Shown here: positions 39,279 to 49,441 of the stretch, one piece after another | Numbering within the stretch: the first letter of the stretch is position 1 | How the letters are laid out: every line of letters begins with the position of its first letter | Source of the DNA: an uncultured Candidatus Saccharibacteria bacterium | GTDB lineage: Bacteria; Patescibacteriota; Saccharimonadia; Saccharimonadales; Saccharimonadaceae | Assembly: GCA_948868795.1 (NCBI GenBank) | Contig: CAQRDK010000005.1 | Location: forward strand, 12,205-76,204 | DNA: 64,000 nt | Reading direction: 5' to 3' | Notes under the pieces: generated by a model | The model's database searches: none | Told to the model about the DNA's origin: nothing | The model's input: only the letters and a program-made list of their open reading frames with translations | Position numbers and translations under genes: made by a program

Positions 39279-39790
39279 TTGTCAATAAAGATTGGAAGCC
39301 AAACCTCTATAAGTACGAAAAAGTCCGTCGAAGCGGTAGCTGCAATATGCTTATTGAGGCTAGGTGATCAATTAAAGCTTGTGATACTAGTAGCCGAGAA
39401 CACCGAGACATATTACTTAACTACAATACTTATAAAAGATGCATTGAAGCGCAATATAGGTCGGTCACTAACTTTACGGGGGAGTATAAGAAGTTTGACT
39501 TTTAGGCTATGGATGTAAAACTAAATTTTGGGCAGACTTTAGTATTGCGGAAATGTCTGGAGAAAAAGCAGTTAGAGATATTTATAAGCAAGCAAAAGCT
39601 GAGGAGAGAGACGATCGTATTTATGGAACAGATTGCCTATGGCACTTAACCATAAAGTTGTTATTGATACGAGGAGCAGAATACAAAATTCAGTCAACTT
39701 TATGCTGAACTGCGGGAAGAATGGTATGAGTGGGTGCTGGAGAATTGGAAGGGCGAAGATTTAAGGTATTATCTGAAAGTGATGGATTAA
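39279..39790 (+). pseudogene. Degenerate copy of 36919-37436 gene pair
   Basis: Shared stretches AAAGATTGGAAGCCAAAC, CTTAACCATAAA, TATGCTGAACT, GAAGATTT, interrupted by stops and indels. Confidence 0.85.
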
Positions 39791-39892
39791 CCAACCAGAA
39801 ATAAAAAATAATCATAAGTACTATGACATAAAATTATTTACAAATCAAATAACTTGTGTTAAACTGATGATATTGCCTGGAGGAAAAGATAT

Positions 39893-41062
39893 ATGAAAAA
39901 TAATGGCGATATCGTACAATTTTTAAAACAAAAAGATTACATAATGATAAATAATAAACTCGGCAGTGGTTCTTTTGGCAAAACTGTTATTTTGCAAGAT
40001 CCTTTCATTGACGAACTTTTTGTTGCTAAAAAATATGCTCCAGTTGATGATAGTATTAAGGTTGAGTTTTATAAGAACTTTATAGACGAGATAAAAATTC
40101 TGTACAAGTTAAACCATAAAAATATTGTCAGAATTCATGGGTATTACCCATACGAAAACAATTATAGCGGATACATCATAATGGAGTATATTGATGGTGA
40201 AACGATTGTGGAGTATCTAGGGAATTATATACCTTTCGATCCACTTCCGTTAAATTCGATTTTTTCGCAGCTCATAGACGCATTTTGTTATCTCGAAAGC
40301 AAGAATATTATCCACAGGGATATTCGGCCAAGCAATATTATGGTAGATAAAGACGGCACTGTAAAGATAATTGATTTTGGTATTGGAAAAATATGCGTGA
40401 GCGCTTCTGCTAGTGATAGTATTGCATCACAAATAAATCGTAATAACGCAAACACTTTACCAGATGAATATTACCGCTCGGAATATACCTCATTGACTGA
40501 TATGTTTTATTTAGGAGATTTATTCAGAAGTATACTGAATGACGATAAAATTATAGCTGATATCGATTTTTCATACAGAAAAGTAATCAACAAAATGGCC
40601 GATAAGAACCCAAAGAACAGGTATAAAAATTTCAAAGAGATTAAGGCACTAATAGATAAACACGATTTTCAGCAACTTGAGATTACCGAAACCGATAAGG
40701 AAATTTATAAAAACTTCGCCAACAAGGCTTTTGAACTTATTACCAAGGTAGAGACCAATACAAAGTTTCAGCAGAATCCTTACGTTTTCAAGGATAAACT
40801 CAAGGATATTCTCAATAATAATCTATTTGAGGATAATGTACAGAACGTTGGAGATTTAGCGACTACATTATTTGACGGAAAGATATATTTCATACCTAAC
40901 AAGAGTATTCCATGTTCCATAATAAAAAAATTCTTAAACTGGTTTGACAATCTATCTGAAGGAACGCAAAGAATAGTTTTATCCAACTTAGAGTCTAAGC
41001 TTAATCAAATACCAAGGTACACGAGTGAAGATAGTGTAGATATTGATGAAATTCCTTTTTAG
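39893..41062 (+). CDS. Serine/threonine protein kinase
   Basis: GSGSFG, VAKK, HRDIRPSN, DFG; GGAGG RBS. Confidence 0.92.
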   Translation: MKNNGDIVQFLKQKDYIMINNKLGSGSFGKTVILQDPFIDELFVAKKYAPVDDSIKVEFYKNFIDEIKILYKLNHKNIVRIHGYYPYENNYSGYIIMEYIDGETIVEYLGNYIPFDPLPLNSIFSQLIDAFCYLESKNIIHRDIRPSNIMVDKDGTVKIIDFGIGKICVSASASDSIASQINRNNANTLPDEYYRSEYTSLTDMFYLGDLFRSILNDDKIIADIDFSYRKVINKMADKNPKNRYKNFKEIKALIDKHDFQQLEITETDKEIYKNFANKAFELITKVETNTKFQQNPYVFKDKLKDILNNNLFEDNVQNVGDLATTLFDGKIYFIPNKSIPCSIIKKFLNWFDNLSEGTQRIVLSNLESKLNQIPRYTSEDSVDIDEIPF

Positions 41063-41128
41063 CGCACTCTTTATCAAAACAGTATGCCATCCTCCTCTAG
41101 AAATTCTGTTATAGCCGAGTGAACTATG

Positions 41129-41136
41129 CCCGACCA
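41129..41136 (+). repeat. att core copy 3 (attR of element 2)
   Basis: CCCGACCA; minus strand WSGIVHSAITEFLEEDGI resembles WSGFVKQGLTKFLEEKNGI. Confidence 0.75.
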
Positions 41137-41146
41137 GATATTGTTA

Positions 41147-41692
41147 ATGAAGAAAAGTGAACGCGGACAAGTTGGTTTAGTTGGAGAATACGCCGTTTTG
41201 TCGGCGCTTATTTTAAATGGGTTTAATGCAGCGAGGACAGATGGTAACTCTAAAGATATTGACATCTTGTGTATGAACTCGGAGTTCTCCAAAATGACCA
41301 AAGTACAAGTAAAAACTGAAGGGCCGGATACTTTTTATCAAAAGAATAAGAAGTCCTTGCCGCACTATGCGTTCCATGTTTCGACTTCGGAGAAGTATCG
41401 GACGAATTATCGGCAGATAATTCTTGATCAGGAGATTTATTTCGTGTTTTATCTTTGTCCGCAAACTCCTATGGCATTAGAGGCAAAGCCTTTTGATAGA
41501 AATCGCACATACGGCAGGTTCTTTGTTGCTTCGCCTGAAGAAGTCGTGAGGCAGCTGGATTTTCAAGCAGAGCATGGCAACTGTAAGTATTTATACTTTC
41601 GCGTTTTTGAAGAAGTTGATGACTTTTGTCGGAGGATAGGAGGTGACATGATGAGCGATTTTGAGAATCGCTGGGATAAGCTGAGAGGTTAA
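41147..41692 (+). CDS. PD-(D/E)XK nuclease-like protein
   Basis: GEYAV...DIDIL...VQVKT pattern. Confidence 0.65.
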   Translation: MKKSERGQVGLVGEYAVLSALILNGFNAARTDGNSKDIDILCMNSEFSKMTKVQVKTEGPDTFYQKNKKSLPHYAFHVSTSEKYRTNYRQIILDQEIYFVFYLCPQTPMALEAKPFDRNRTYGRFFVASPEEVVRQLDFQAEHGNCKYLYFRVFEEVDDFCRRIGGDMMSDFENRWDKLRG

Positions 41693-41755
41693 GCATGCCG
41701 TCAGAGAGGGCGAAGAAGCAGCATGGTGAGCGGGTGCGGAAGAAAGTACGGTAGT

Positions 41756-42130
41756 CTATTCCCACACGAAAATCGTACAAAACACAAAGAACGCAATTAA
41801 CAACAAAGCTACTCCTGCTACCACTCCGCCAATAATTAAATACCACTTAACCATCTTTTTCGCATTGTTTACATTTTTATAGACAGAGTTTAACTTTTCG
41901 CCATCAAGATTATTATTTCTAATTTCTTCCAGATCAATATCTTTCACTAATTCGTCTAGCGTGATGCCAAAATAATCGCTCAACATCACCAATTTTTGGA
42001 AATCTGGGTAGGCTTGGCGGGATTCCCACTTAGACATGGTTTGCCGAGATACATTTAATTCATTACCTAAATCTTCTTGCGAAAGCCCTTTTGACTTTCT
42101 TAGACTAATTAATTTTTCGCTAAAATCCAT
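41756..42130 (-). CDS. XRE-family HTH protein with C-terminal TM
   Basis: LSQEDLG..LNVSRQTMSKWE; hydrophobic tail. Confidence 0.88.
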   Translation of the reverse strand: MDFSEKLISLRKSKGLSQEDLGNELNVSRQTMSKWESRQAYPDFQKLVMLSDYFGITLDELVKDIDLEEIRNNNLDGEKLNSVYKNVNNAKKMVKWYLIIGGVVAGVALLLIAFFVFCTIFVWE

Positions 42131-42258
42131 AATCTTCTCCTTTTTATAAATTATGAGTAGATTATATCAACCCTATAAATATTACCTCAACCAACTTTGG
42201 TTGGAAATTTGTCAACTTGTTTTTACGATTTCCAGGAATCGCTATAAGTGGGCTGTCG

Positions 42259-42669
42259 TTATTTCTTCAGTCGTAGCGGAAATTTGATGACTGTGCGGTC
42301 GTGGCCGTTGGCGTCGGGTTCGGTGGCAGTGAAGGGGTCGGCGGCGAGTTCTACTTCCCCGCTATAGTTGTAGGCGCCGGGTGTGCGCGATTCGAAAAGA
42401 TGGAGTTTGATACTGTTCGTGTTTGACTCGGCGAGAGTTTTGTTTTGCGAATAATCAATGCGCTGGTCGCCGGTCTTACCCATGCCAGTATAATTCAGGA
42501 TGTCGCCTCGCCATTCGTCGGCGTGGTAGCATTGACCATGCTTGACAAAAATGACCAGAGTATTAGTTTGCTTAGACTTACGCATACCACCCATGTTACC
42601 GCACTTGAAGGCTTCGACAATTTCTTGGTTAGTATAATCCTCGCCGGGATGAAAATCGGAAATATTCAT
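42259..42669 (-). CDS. Stand-alone SRA-like domain (ScoMcrA-type)
   Basis: FKCGNMGGMR, YHADEW, YTGMGKTGDQ, QNKTL, RTVIKFPL; AAGGAG RBS. Confidence 0.75.
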   Translation of the reverse strand: MNISDFHPGEDYTNQEIVEAFKCGNMGGMRKSKQTNTLVIFVKHGQCYHADEWRGDILNYTGMGKTGDQRIDYSQNKTLAESNTNSIKLHLFESRTPGAYNYSGEVELAADPFTATEPDANGHDRTVIKFPLRLKK

Positions 42670-42824
42670 TTTGCTCCTTTGTGATATTATACTATATTTT
42701 TCTGGTTTGAACTTATTGATTTTATTGGTATATTTGTTATAATACTTGAATATATTATTTTTAGTTACGCAATTGGTAGGTTGTTCTTGATGGAAGCAGT
42801 TTGAGGTTGCGGGAAAGGGCCGCA

Positions 42825-43496
42825 ATGAGCCATTCGGGCGCGCAATCTCAAAGCGCGGATTTAGACAATAGTTTTAATTTTGCAAGTTCGCCGGGGGCTG
42901 GCGCGGTGGGCGGCCAGCTTGGCGAGGAGTCCGAGAGCCAGGACCGCTTTCAATCTCGTAGAGAAAGCGATGCGCGACGTAGGACGTCGAACAGAGATGA
43001 TGAGAGGTTTTTGCGGCAGGAAAAGTTGATTCAGCATGAGCTAGAGCGAGCTTTGGCAAAACGGCGAATTGGGCTGAAGGCCTCAGAACTCTGTCGGGAA
43101 GCGAAAATGGCAAGATCGACTTTTTACACTCATTACAAAAGCTGCGACGAGGCGTTGATTTGGTATGAATTACGACTGGAGGAGGAATTTGTGAGGTCCT
43201 TGCCGCAAAACTTGAGGCGGGAGCTGGCGTTTGTGCGGCTTTTTAGTTTTATTTCAAAACATCAACGGTATTTTTCCGCAACTTTCCAAAATCAAAATAT
43301 GTTTCTTCTGATGCGGTTGGTAAAACATGTTTGCGCACCGAGAGCTGAGCTGAATCAAAAAGCGTATGTATTATACGTTTGGTCGGTACAGGCGATGATT
43401 TGGTGCTGGGGTGAGTGTGATAATTTCTCCGCAGCGAAGGCGGAGATTTATCGGAAAAAGTTGATGATGCTGCGGGTGATGGATTATGGATTATAA
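42825..43496 (+). CDS. TetR-like transcriptional regulator (start uncertain)
   Basis: SELCREAKMARSTFYTHY. Confidence 0.7.
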   Translation: MSHSGAQSQSADLDNSFNFASSPGAGAVGGQLGEESESQDRFQSRRESDARRRTSNRDDERFLRQEKLIQHELERALAKRRIGLKASELCREAKMARSTFYTHYKSCDEALIWYELRLEEEFVRSLPQNLRRELAFVRLFSFISKHQRYFSATFQNQNMFLLMRLVKHVCAPRAELNQKAYVLYVWSVQAMIWCWGECDNFSAAKAEIYRKKLMMLRVMDYGL

Positions 43497-43556
43497 GATT
43501 GGACTAAGCGATAGCGACTAAATGGGATGAAGTCGATGATATATCGCTTAGACAAG

Positions 43557-44374
43557 TTAGTCCGTTCCTTTAAGCGCCCCGTAGATGCTCGCCTCAACTT
43601 CTTTTGTTAATCTAGTTTCCTCCTCTTGTTCATGTTGCAGCCACACCTTTCTTTTTTCTGCCGCTTCTTGTGTCGTGGCTAATTTCCAACTATTCCTTTC
43701 GAGACAGTACCCAAGTTCAGTCATTAACTGGATGGTTTCTTCTTCATTTAGTCTGAGGCGAGTCATGACTTCTTGCGTGTTCCAGGTAGCTTTTTCGTCA
43801 AGAAACCCTCGAATTTGCGACAATCGATACAGATTACTCTGAAGCCAGTTCTGCACTACATTAGGCTCCGACTGTGTTTTAATTTCTTCACAAGTGAAGC
43901 CGTAGCCGAGATTGCTAAAAATCAAATTAACTATCGTCAATACATCAAATAACTTGCGTAAATCGCCTCCAAATGACCCTAGTCCTTCCGGTATCCGGAA
44001 AACAATACAGTTGACGTCGCCGTCAATGTACTCGTTTCGTCTCAGGTTGACTAGCTCGCCATATGTCCAATCCGACGTTAATTGTTTGTAATTGTCTAAA
44101 ATAAAATACTCCCATCCTGACTTAGCTTATATTTGATACCCATCAATTGGCTTTGTTTCGTGTGGCCATTTAGGTTAATCTCAATAGAAAAATCGTTTTC
44201 CGATTCTGCTTGCGGACACCTAAAATCCGGGTCAGCTTACTGGGCGGCGCAGAGCGCTCTAACAGCGAGCGCCCTCATAGACGTAGATGGCGAGACCATA
44301 TACGTAGTAACACGCGTTTTTATACCGTTGCCTGTCGAACTATATACCTGACACAATACTTGTATCTTTTTCAT
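43557..44374 (-). pseudogene. Probable disrupted hypothetical gene
   Basis: Frame from ATG 44374 has one in-frame TAA (~44237), then a frameshift near 44100 into the ORF ending at 43557. Confidence 0.45.
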
Positions 44375-44399
44375 ATCTTACACTTCATTATGGTTACCT

Positions 44400-44594
44400 T
44401 CAATAAACCTCGGATTTACTGGGCATGATGATTGCGGCGAGGATGTAGGCGAAGATGCCGCCGCCGACGCAGAAGACGAGCAAAACCCATGCGAGGCGGA
44501 CAAGCGCAGGGTCGACGTTGAGATATTCGGCGAGACCGCCGCAAACGCCTGCAATACGCTTGCCGTATTCAATACGATAGAGACGTTTGGTCAT
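44400..44594 (-). CDS. PspC domain protein
   Basis: KRLYR...IAGVCGGLAEY...LVRL...YILAAIIMP. Confidence 0.9.
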   Translation of the reverse strand: MTKRLYRIEYGKRIAGVCGGLAEYLNVDPALVRLAWVLLVFCVGGGIFAYILAAIIMPSKSEVY

Positions 44595-44701
44595 AGTTTG
44601 CTCCTTTTGTTCCCGGCTGAAACTGCCAGGGTGATTTATTGGATTTATTTTACATCTTGCGCTATGATTTGTCAAATAAGGATGCTCCAGCAAAGCGTTG
44701 G

Positions 44702-45373
44702 TCACTTCCCGAAATTGGCGATATGTTGTTCCCTGGTGCCGTCTTCGGGGCGGGAGAGAGGAGATAGCTTTTCCGAGAGAGAATGGAAGGCCCTGGCTAT
44801 AGCGGGAAAGTCGGGGATATTTTGGTAGATTCGGCTAAAATCGCCCTTTTTCGTGATGAAGTGGGCTTCGGGTGGTATATTGCGAATATGCCACTCTCCG
44901 GAAACTGAGTGGGTAATGAAAGTATAAATCGGGAGTTTTACATCGAGAAATCGACGGAGACATTCGGCGTGGTAACGGTTTTGTTCGACGGGGCTGAGAA
45001 AGGTGTGTTTGCCATGATAATACTGCGCCCACTTTTTTGAGCGACCATCGCCGTAGATTTTACCCTGATAGGTTTTGTGTTCGAAGACAAGGATGCCTTT
45101 TTTCGAAAGAACAAGTAGATCAATTTCGCTGGTTTTATTGGTTTTGTCGTGGACAGGGATGTAGACATTGCGGAAAATCTGCGACTCAGGAACGCCAAGT
45201 CGGATAAGCTCACGGTAGAGAAAGCGCTCCCCGCCCTGCCCGGAAGTTTTGTATTCCTGACGATTACTAAGCATGTCCCAAAGGTCGGAGAAAGTTAGCT
45301 GGTTGCGACGCAGTAGTAAAATAAAGTAAGCGGCAAGCGCGACGAGTGGAGCAACAATCAGGATTATTCTCAT
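44702..45373 (-). CDS. NERD (nuclease-related) domain membrane protein
   Basis: GQGGE, SEIDLLVL, VFEHK, SPVEQN. Confidence 0.85.
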   Translation of the reverse strand: MRIILIVAPLVALAAYFILLLRRNQLTFSDLWDMLSNRQEYKTSGQGGERFLYRELIRLGVPESQIFRNVYIPVHDKTNKTSEIDLLVLSKKGILVFEHKTYQGKIYGDGRSKKWAQYYHGKHTFLSPVEQNRYHAECLRRFLDVKLPIYTFITHSVSGEWHIRNIPPEAHFITKKGDFSRIYQNIPDFPAIARAFHSLSEKLSPLSRPEDGTREQHIANFGK

Positions 45374-45432
45374 ATGTTATATTATACCAGTTGTCGGTCA
45401 GCATGATATAATAATTAGAAATGGAGGAAGTT

Positions 45433-46125
45433 ATGAAGTTGATGAAGTTGGAACATTCGGGGATTGTGTTGGAGAAGGGCGGAAAGAAGTTGGTTTTTGA
45501 TCCGGTGGAGTTTGCGGCGACGTTGCCGGAGTTTGACAACGTGGCGGCGATTATTATTACGCATGCGCATAATGACCACTTGCAGCCGGAACGGATTAGT
45601 GCGATTCTCGATCGAAATCCGGGAGCGAAGATCTTTGCGCCGGAAGATGCGGCGACAGTGATTCGGAACGCTCTGGGCGCGGCAGATGTGACGGTCGTGA
45701 AGGGCGGAGACGAGGCTTTTGTCGGCGGGGATGAGATAGCCGAGGGCTTCGTCGGGAAATATGAAGGGTTTAAGTTAGAGTTCTTTGGAAAAGACCACGC
45801 GTCGGTCGTGGCAGGCAAAGTTCCCTGCCAAAATATCGGCGTGGTGGTCGACGGAAAGTTGACGAACCCGGGCGATTCGTTTGATTTATTAGAGATGAAT
45901 GGAGCGGTGGAAGTTTTGCTGGTGCCAGAGGTGGCGCCGTGGACGAAGGTGTCAGAAACGACGGAGTTTATGAAGATTGCTAAGCCGCGAATGGTGGTGC
46001 CAGTGCACGATGGGCTTCTGTCAGAAATGGGCAAGACGATTTATGACAACCTTTTGCGCGGAGCGTGCGAAGGGATGGGCGCGGAGTTTGCACCGCTGGG
46101 GATTGGGGAGAGTATCGAGATTTAG
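45433..46125 (+). CDS. MBL-fold metallo-hydrolase
   Basis: THAHNDH, H, PGDS, PVHD; GGAGG RBS. Confidence 0.88.
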   Translation: MKLMKLEHSGIVLEKGGKKLVFDPVEFAATLPEFDNVAAIIITHAHNDHLQPERISAILDRNPGAKIFAPEDAATVIRNALGAADVTVVKGGDEAFVGGDEIAEGFVGKYEGFKLEFFGKDHASVVAGKVPCQNIGVVVDGKLTNPGDSFDLLEMNGAVEVLLVPEVAPWTKVSETTEFMKIAKPRMVVPVHDGLLSEMGKTIYDNLLRGACEGMGAEFAPLGIGESIEI

Positions 46126-47531
46126 ATTAAAATTACGGGCGAAATTTCGACGCCAGGCTCTTCGGCGAGTGTGTGTTCACGGGAAGAAATTTGGTTGATT
46201 TCGCAGTAGCGGTTCTTGAAGGCTTCCTCGCCGCGAAGAAGTGCACGGATTTCGGAGAGGAAGTTGCGATACTCGTCGTCAGCATAGAACATGTTTTCTG
46301 GATCATCTTCGCTGTAGCGTTTAGAAAGTCTACGAAAAGTATAATCGAGAAAGTCTTTGACGGTAGTTTCGGGCTGGCGGTCTTTTCCAACGAAGAAACT
46401 GCGCACGAAAACCATTTCGACGCGAGTGTTACGGTCGGCCGAGGAAATGAGTTTACCGTAAGTTGAGCGCGGGACGTCAGACTTTGAGGAACGATGGTCT
46501 TCGATGGCTTCGGCGATAATGTCAACTTCTTCTGGCGAGAAATAGTCATAAACTTTCGCGTCTTCGCGGAGAAGTTTAGCAGAGATGAACTCATGGCGAT
46601 CACTATCGATATGTTTGCCGAGGTCATGATAGGCGGCAATGGCGTAGATTAAATTCGGGTCGAGATTTAGAGAGAAAACATCATTAAGGAGGAAGCTGCG
46701 ACGGATAACCTCGCGGATATGGAGAATACCGTGCGCACGGTCGTTCTTAGAATATTGCGGCAGAATATTGGTTTCGACGTAAGTCCTGAGGCTGAGATTA
46801 ACTGGTGCGAGATATTTGGAAAGTTGCTGCTCAAGCTCGAATGTATGCTCAAGATGATTGACTTTCAGGAAGCGCTCGCGGAAAAGGTGTTCGCCGGAAG
46901 TAAGATTTTGTAAGTCTTTGAGGGCAGCCTTGAACTCTGAATCGTCGAAGAACATTTTTCTCAGAGCATAGCCATTTTCACCGTATTTGCTAGCGAGATG
47001 CTGGCGGGCGTCGTTGATGACCTCGTCGAGAGAAAAGTTGCTGAAGTTGCGCAGGCGGTAAGTATAAGTGCGGCGAAGCATAACATCAATGTTGATATTG
47101 CAATCAGCAGAAGTAATAATTTTGCCATAGATGCTGCGAGGCGGCTGGTCACGGTGAGAGCGGTGGTCTTCGATGGCTTCGGCGATGATTTCGATTTCGT
47201 CGGGCTTCAGAAACTGCTTAAGGCTTTCATCCTTGCGAAGGATTTCGGCGGAAACTTTTTCATGGTGAGCGGCGTCGATGTGATGGCCGAGATCATGATA
47301 GGCGGCGGCAGTATAGATGATGTTGGGGTTGAGGGGCTGGGCGGTTTGATTGGCTGTGTTGACTTGATTGGCGAATTCAAAACTGCGACGGATAACGTAG
47401 TCGATATGGCCGATTTGATGACCCCACTCATTTTTGGAATACTGCGGGAGAATATGGGCTTCGATGTAGGATTTCAGCTGGGGGTTGACTTTTGAGATGT
47501 CGATTTCGTTATCGCGTGCGGTAGAGTTCAT
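46122..47531 (-). CDS. Tandem HD-domain phosphohydrolase
   Basis: Two repeats of H...YHDLG...HE..SA...IEDHR...SAD. Confidence 0.88.
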   Translation of the reverse strand: MNSTARDNEIDISKVNPQLKSYIEAHILPQYSKNEWGHQIGHIDYVIRRSFEFANQVNTANQTAQPLNPNIIYTAAAYHDLGHHIDAAHHEKVSAEILRKDESLKQFLKPDEIEIIAEAIEDHRSHRDQPPRSIYGKIITSADCNINIDVMLRRTYTYRLRNFSNFSLDEVINDARQHLASKYGENGYALRKMFFDDSEFKAALKDLQNLTSGEHLFRERFLKVNHLEHTFELEQQLSKYLAPVNLSLRTYVETNILPQYSKNDRAHGILHIREVIRRSFLLNDVFSLNLDPNLIYAIAAYHDLGKHIDSDRHEFISAKLLREDAKVYDYFSPEEVDIIAEAIEDHRSSKSDVPRSTYGKLISSADRNTRVEMVFVRSFFVGKDRQPETTVKDFLDYTFRRLSKRYSEDDPENMFYADDEYRNFLSEIRALLRGEEAFKNRYCEINQISSREHTLAEEPGVEISPVILI

Positions 47532-47741
47532 AAGTTGATTATACACCAGTTTACCGGTTTGAGATGAAGCTAGTTGCGAATGATTGAAGGGATGCGGTTT
47601 TGCGTTTCTGTTTGGATGAAGGTGGCGGATTTTGACGCTTATGCCTGACAAGATTGGCGCGGCGTGATAGAATAAGAGGGTAGCGTCCTTCGGCTTCAGG
47701 GGCTCGTCTTCGAGTTGCCTTTGGTCTGTTCGGCGTAATGT

Positions 47742-47816
47742 CGGGGCTTGGCGCAGTGGTAGCGCGCACGCCTGGGGGGCGTGAGGTCGCCAGTTCGATC
47801 CTGGTAGCCCCGACCA
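47742..47816 (+). tRNA. tRNA-Pro (GGG)
   Basis: Cloverleaf, CACGC-CT GGG GG-GCGTG, CCA. Confidence 0.93.
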
Positions 47817-47831
47817 TTAGAATTGTTATAT

Positions 47832-47987
47832 ATGAAATATGCGTTTGTAATTGTAGCGATTTTGGCAGTCTGGCTGGGGACGATTTTGCTAGCAGTTTGC
47901 AGCCCAGAGATTGGGCTGTTTTTGCCAGTTTTCGCAATAGTGATGACTGCGGTTTTGTTCTTGATTGGGTTCGGGAAGAAGAAATGA
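47832..47987 (+). CDS. 51-aa two-TM small protein (not in ORF track)
   Basis: MKYAFVIVAILAVWLGTILL...LFLIGFGKKK; ATGA overlap with kinase. Confidence 0.7.
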   Translation: MKYAFVIVAILAVWLGTILLAVCSPEIGLFLPVFAIVMTAVLFLIGFGKKK

Positions 47988-49441
47988 TGCGAAACGCTCG
48001 ACGCTATGCTGGACTAATTGCGAAGTTAGCAAGAATTAGGCTCTCAAAAGCGGCCCGAAAGGATTGTGAGTATCGCCGGGCGATTTTTGAGAGTTTTCGG
48101 GAGTGGGGCGGGGTTTATATTAAGTTCTTACAGATCCTGGGCGGATCGAGCAAGTTTTTGGACGGTTGGGGTGGACCACGAGAGATGGAGATTTTTGCGC
48201 AGGCGCCACGGGAAGCCCTTAATCTAGCCGAGCATGTGCAGATAGAAAAATTTGCGAAAATTTCATCGGAGCCGGTAGCAGCAGGGAGCTTTGCGCTAGT
48301 ATATCGCGGGCAGTTAATAACCGGCGAGGATGTGGCGGTGAAGATTTTGCGACCGTCAATTCAGAAAAACTTAAAAACGGACTTAAAGTCACTGCGAAAG
48401 CTGTGTTGGCTATTCTCGAAGTTTCTGCCGAAGTATTTAGTAGATTATAATGACGCTTACGATGCGTATGCGAAAATGCTTATACAGGAAACTGACTATC
48501 GTCGGGAAATAGAAAATCAAAAATATTTTACTGAACTCTATAGCGACCATCCGCGGATTGTGATACCGAAAGTTTATGAAGAATTGTCGTCGGAAAACGT
48601 GATTGTGCAGGACTTTATTGAGGGACCAGCGCTAGCAGACGTGATGAGTGCGGCAACGCGCGACAAGTCGGCGGCGAAGATTGCGAAGGAGCTGACAGGA
48701 TCGGATATTTGGGAACAAGTAATACTGGCGGGCGGCGAAGCGCTTTATACGGCAATGTGCGCGGATTACGTTTACGGAGACCCGCATCCGGGGAATATTA
48801 TTCTGCTCAGCGACAATCGGATTGGCTTTATTGATTTTGGAATTATCGCACGGAGACCTACTAGCCACGAAGCATATTATAATTGGGTAAAAAGTTACTA
48901 CGAGATTTTGTGCGGCGAAGATAAGTTCCAGACGTTGCTGGAGACGACCGTAACTTGTTTTTGTCCGGATATTTCCCTGGCGATGCAGAAGTGTAATTTT
49001 GATGGTGAAAACCTACTAGAGGTTTTAGCTAGCTCTATCACTAGGAAGCTAAATAATGAGATGATTGGAAATACAAATTACGCCCAATCATTCCGAGACG
49101 GGCATTTGATGGATGTGTTTATTCAGGTGGTCGGGACGCGCGTAATAGATATAGATATTGACACTGTAAACTTTGAACTGTTGAAGGCGATGCAAGCGTT
49201 TCTCGGGGCGGTGACGATTTTAGATAATCGGGAGGGTGGACATAGTTTTTCGGAAATTATGCGGCGGTCGATGGAGTATGCGCTAGAGAACGCCAATCTG
49301 ACGGGAGTGCCGCGCGACGCCGTGAAGGCCACCCATTATGGGTTGACGGAGAGCTATGAACTCCTAGTCAACACGATTTCGTCATTGGCTGATAACGATG
49401 AATATCTATTTAACTTAGTGAGGGAGAAAATATTCGCATGA
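47984..49441 (+). CDS. ABC1/UbiB (AarF) family atypical kinase
   Basis: YIKFLQ (KxGQ-like), AAGSFA, VAVKI, ETDY..E, GDPHPGN, DFG. Confidence 0.88.
   Translation: MMRNARRYAGLIAKLARIRLSKAARKDCEYRRAIFESFREWGGVYIKFLQILGGSSKFLDGWGGPREMEIFAQAPREALNLAEHVQIEKFAKISSEPVAAGSFALVYRGQLITGEDVAVKILRPSIQKNLKTDLKSLRKLCWLFSKFLPKYLVDYNDAYDAYAKMLIQETDYRREIENQKYFTELYSDHPRIVIPKVYEELSSENVIVQDFIEGPALADVMSAATRDKSAAKIAKELTGSDIWEQVILAGGEALYTAMCADYVYGDPHPGNIILLSDNRIGFIDFGIIARRPTSHEAYYNWVKSYYEILCGEDKFQTLLETTVTCFCPDISLAMQKCNFDGENLLEVLASSITRKLNNEMIGNTNYAQSFRDGHLMDVFIQVVGTRVIDIDIDTVNFELLKAMQAFLGAVTILDNREGGHSFSEIMRRSMEYALENANLTGVPRDAVKATHYGLTESYELLVNTISSLADNDEYLFNLVREKIFA

Larger units (their letters stand above)
38856..41136. 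mobile_element. Decayed ~2.3 kb sibling element
   Basis: Recombinase 3' fragment, degenerate copies of element-1 genes, kinase, third core. Confidence 0.75.

Noticed and set aside
47809..47816. CCCGACCA as a further att site
   Set aside because: It is the 3' end of an intact tRNA-Pro(GGG) with no recombinase-like flank
47738..47983. N-terminal extension of the ABC1 kinase in the ORF track
   Set aside because: Runs through tRNA-Pro(GGG) and the 51-aa gene; the real start is 47984
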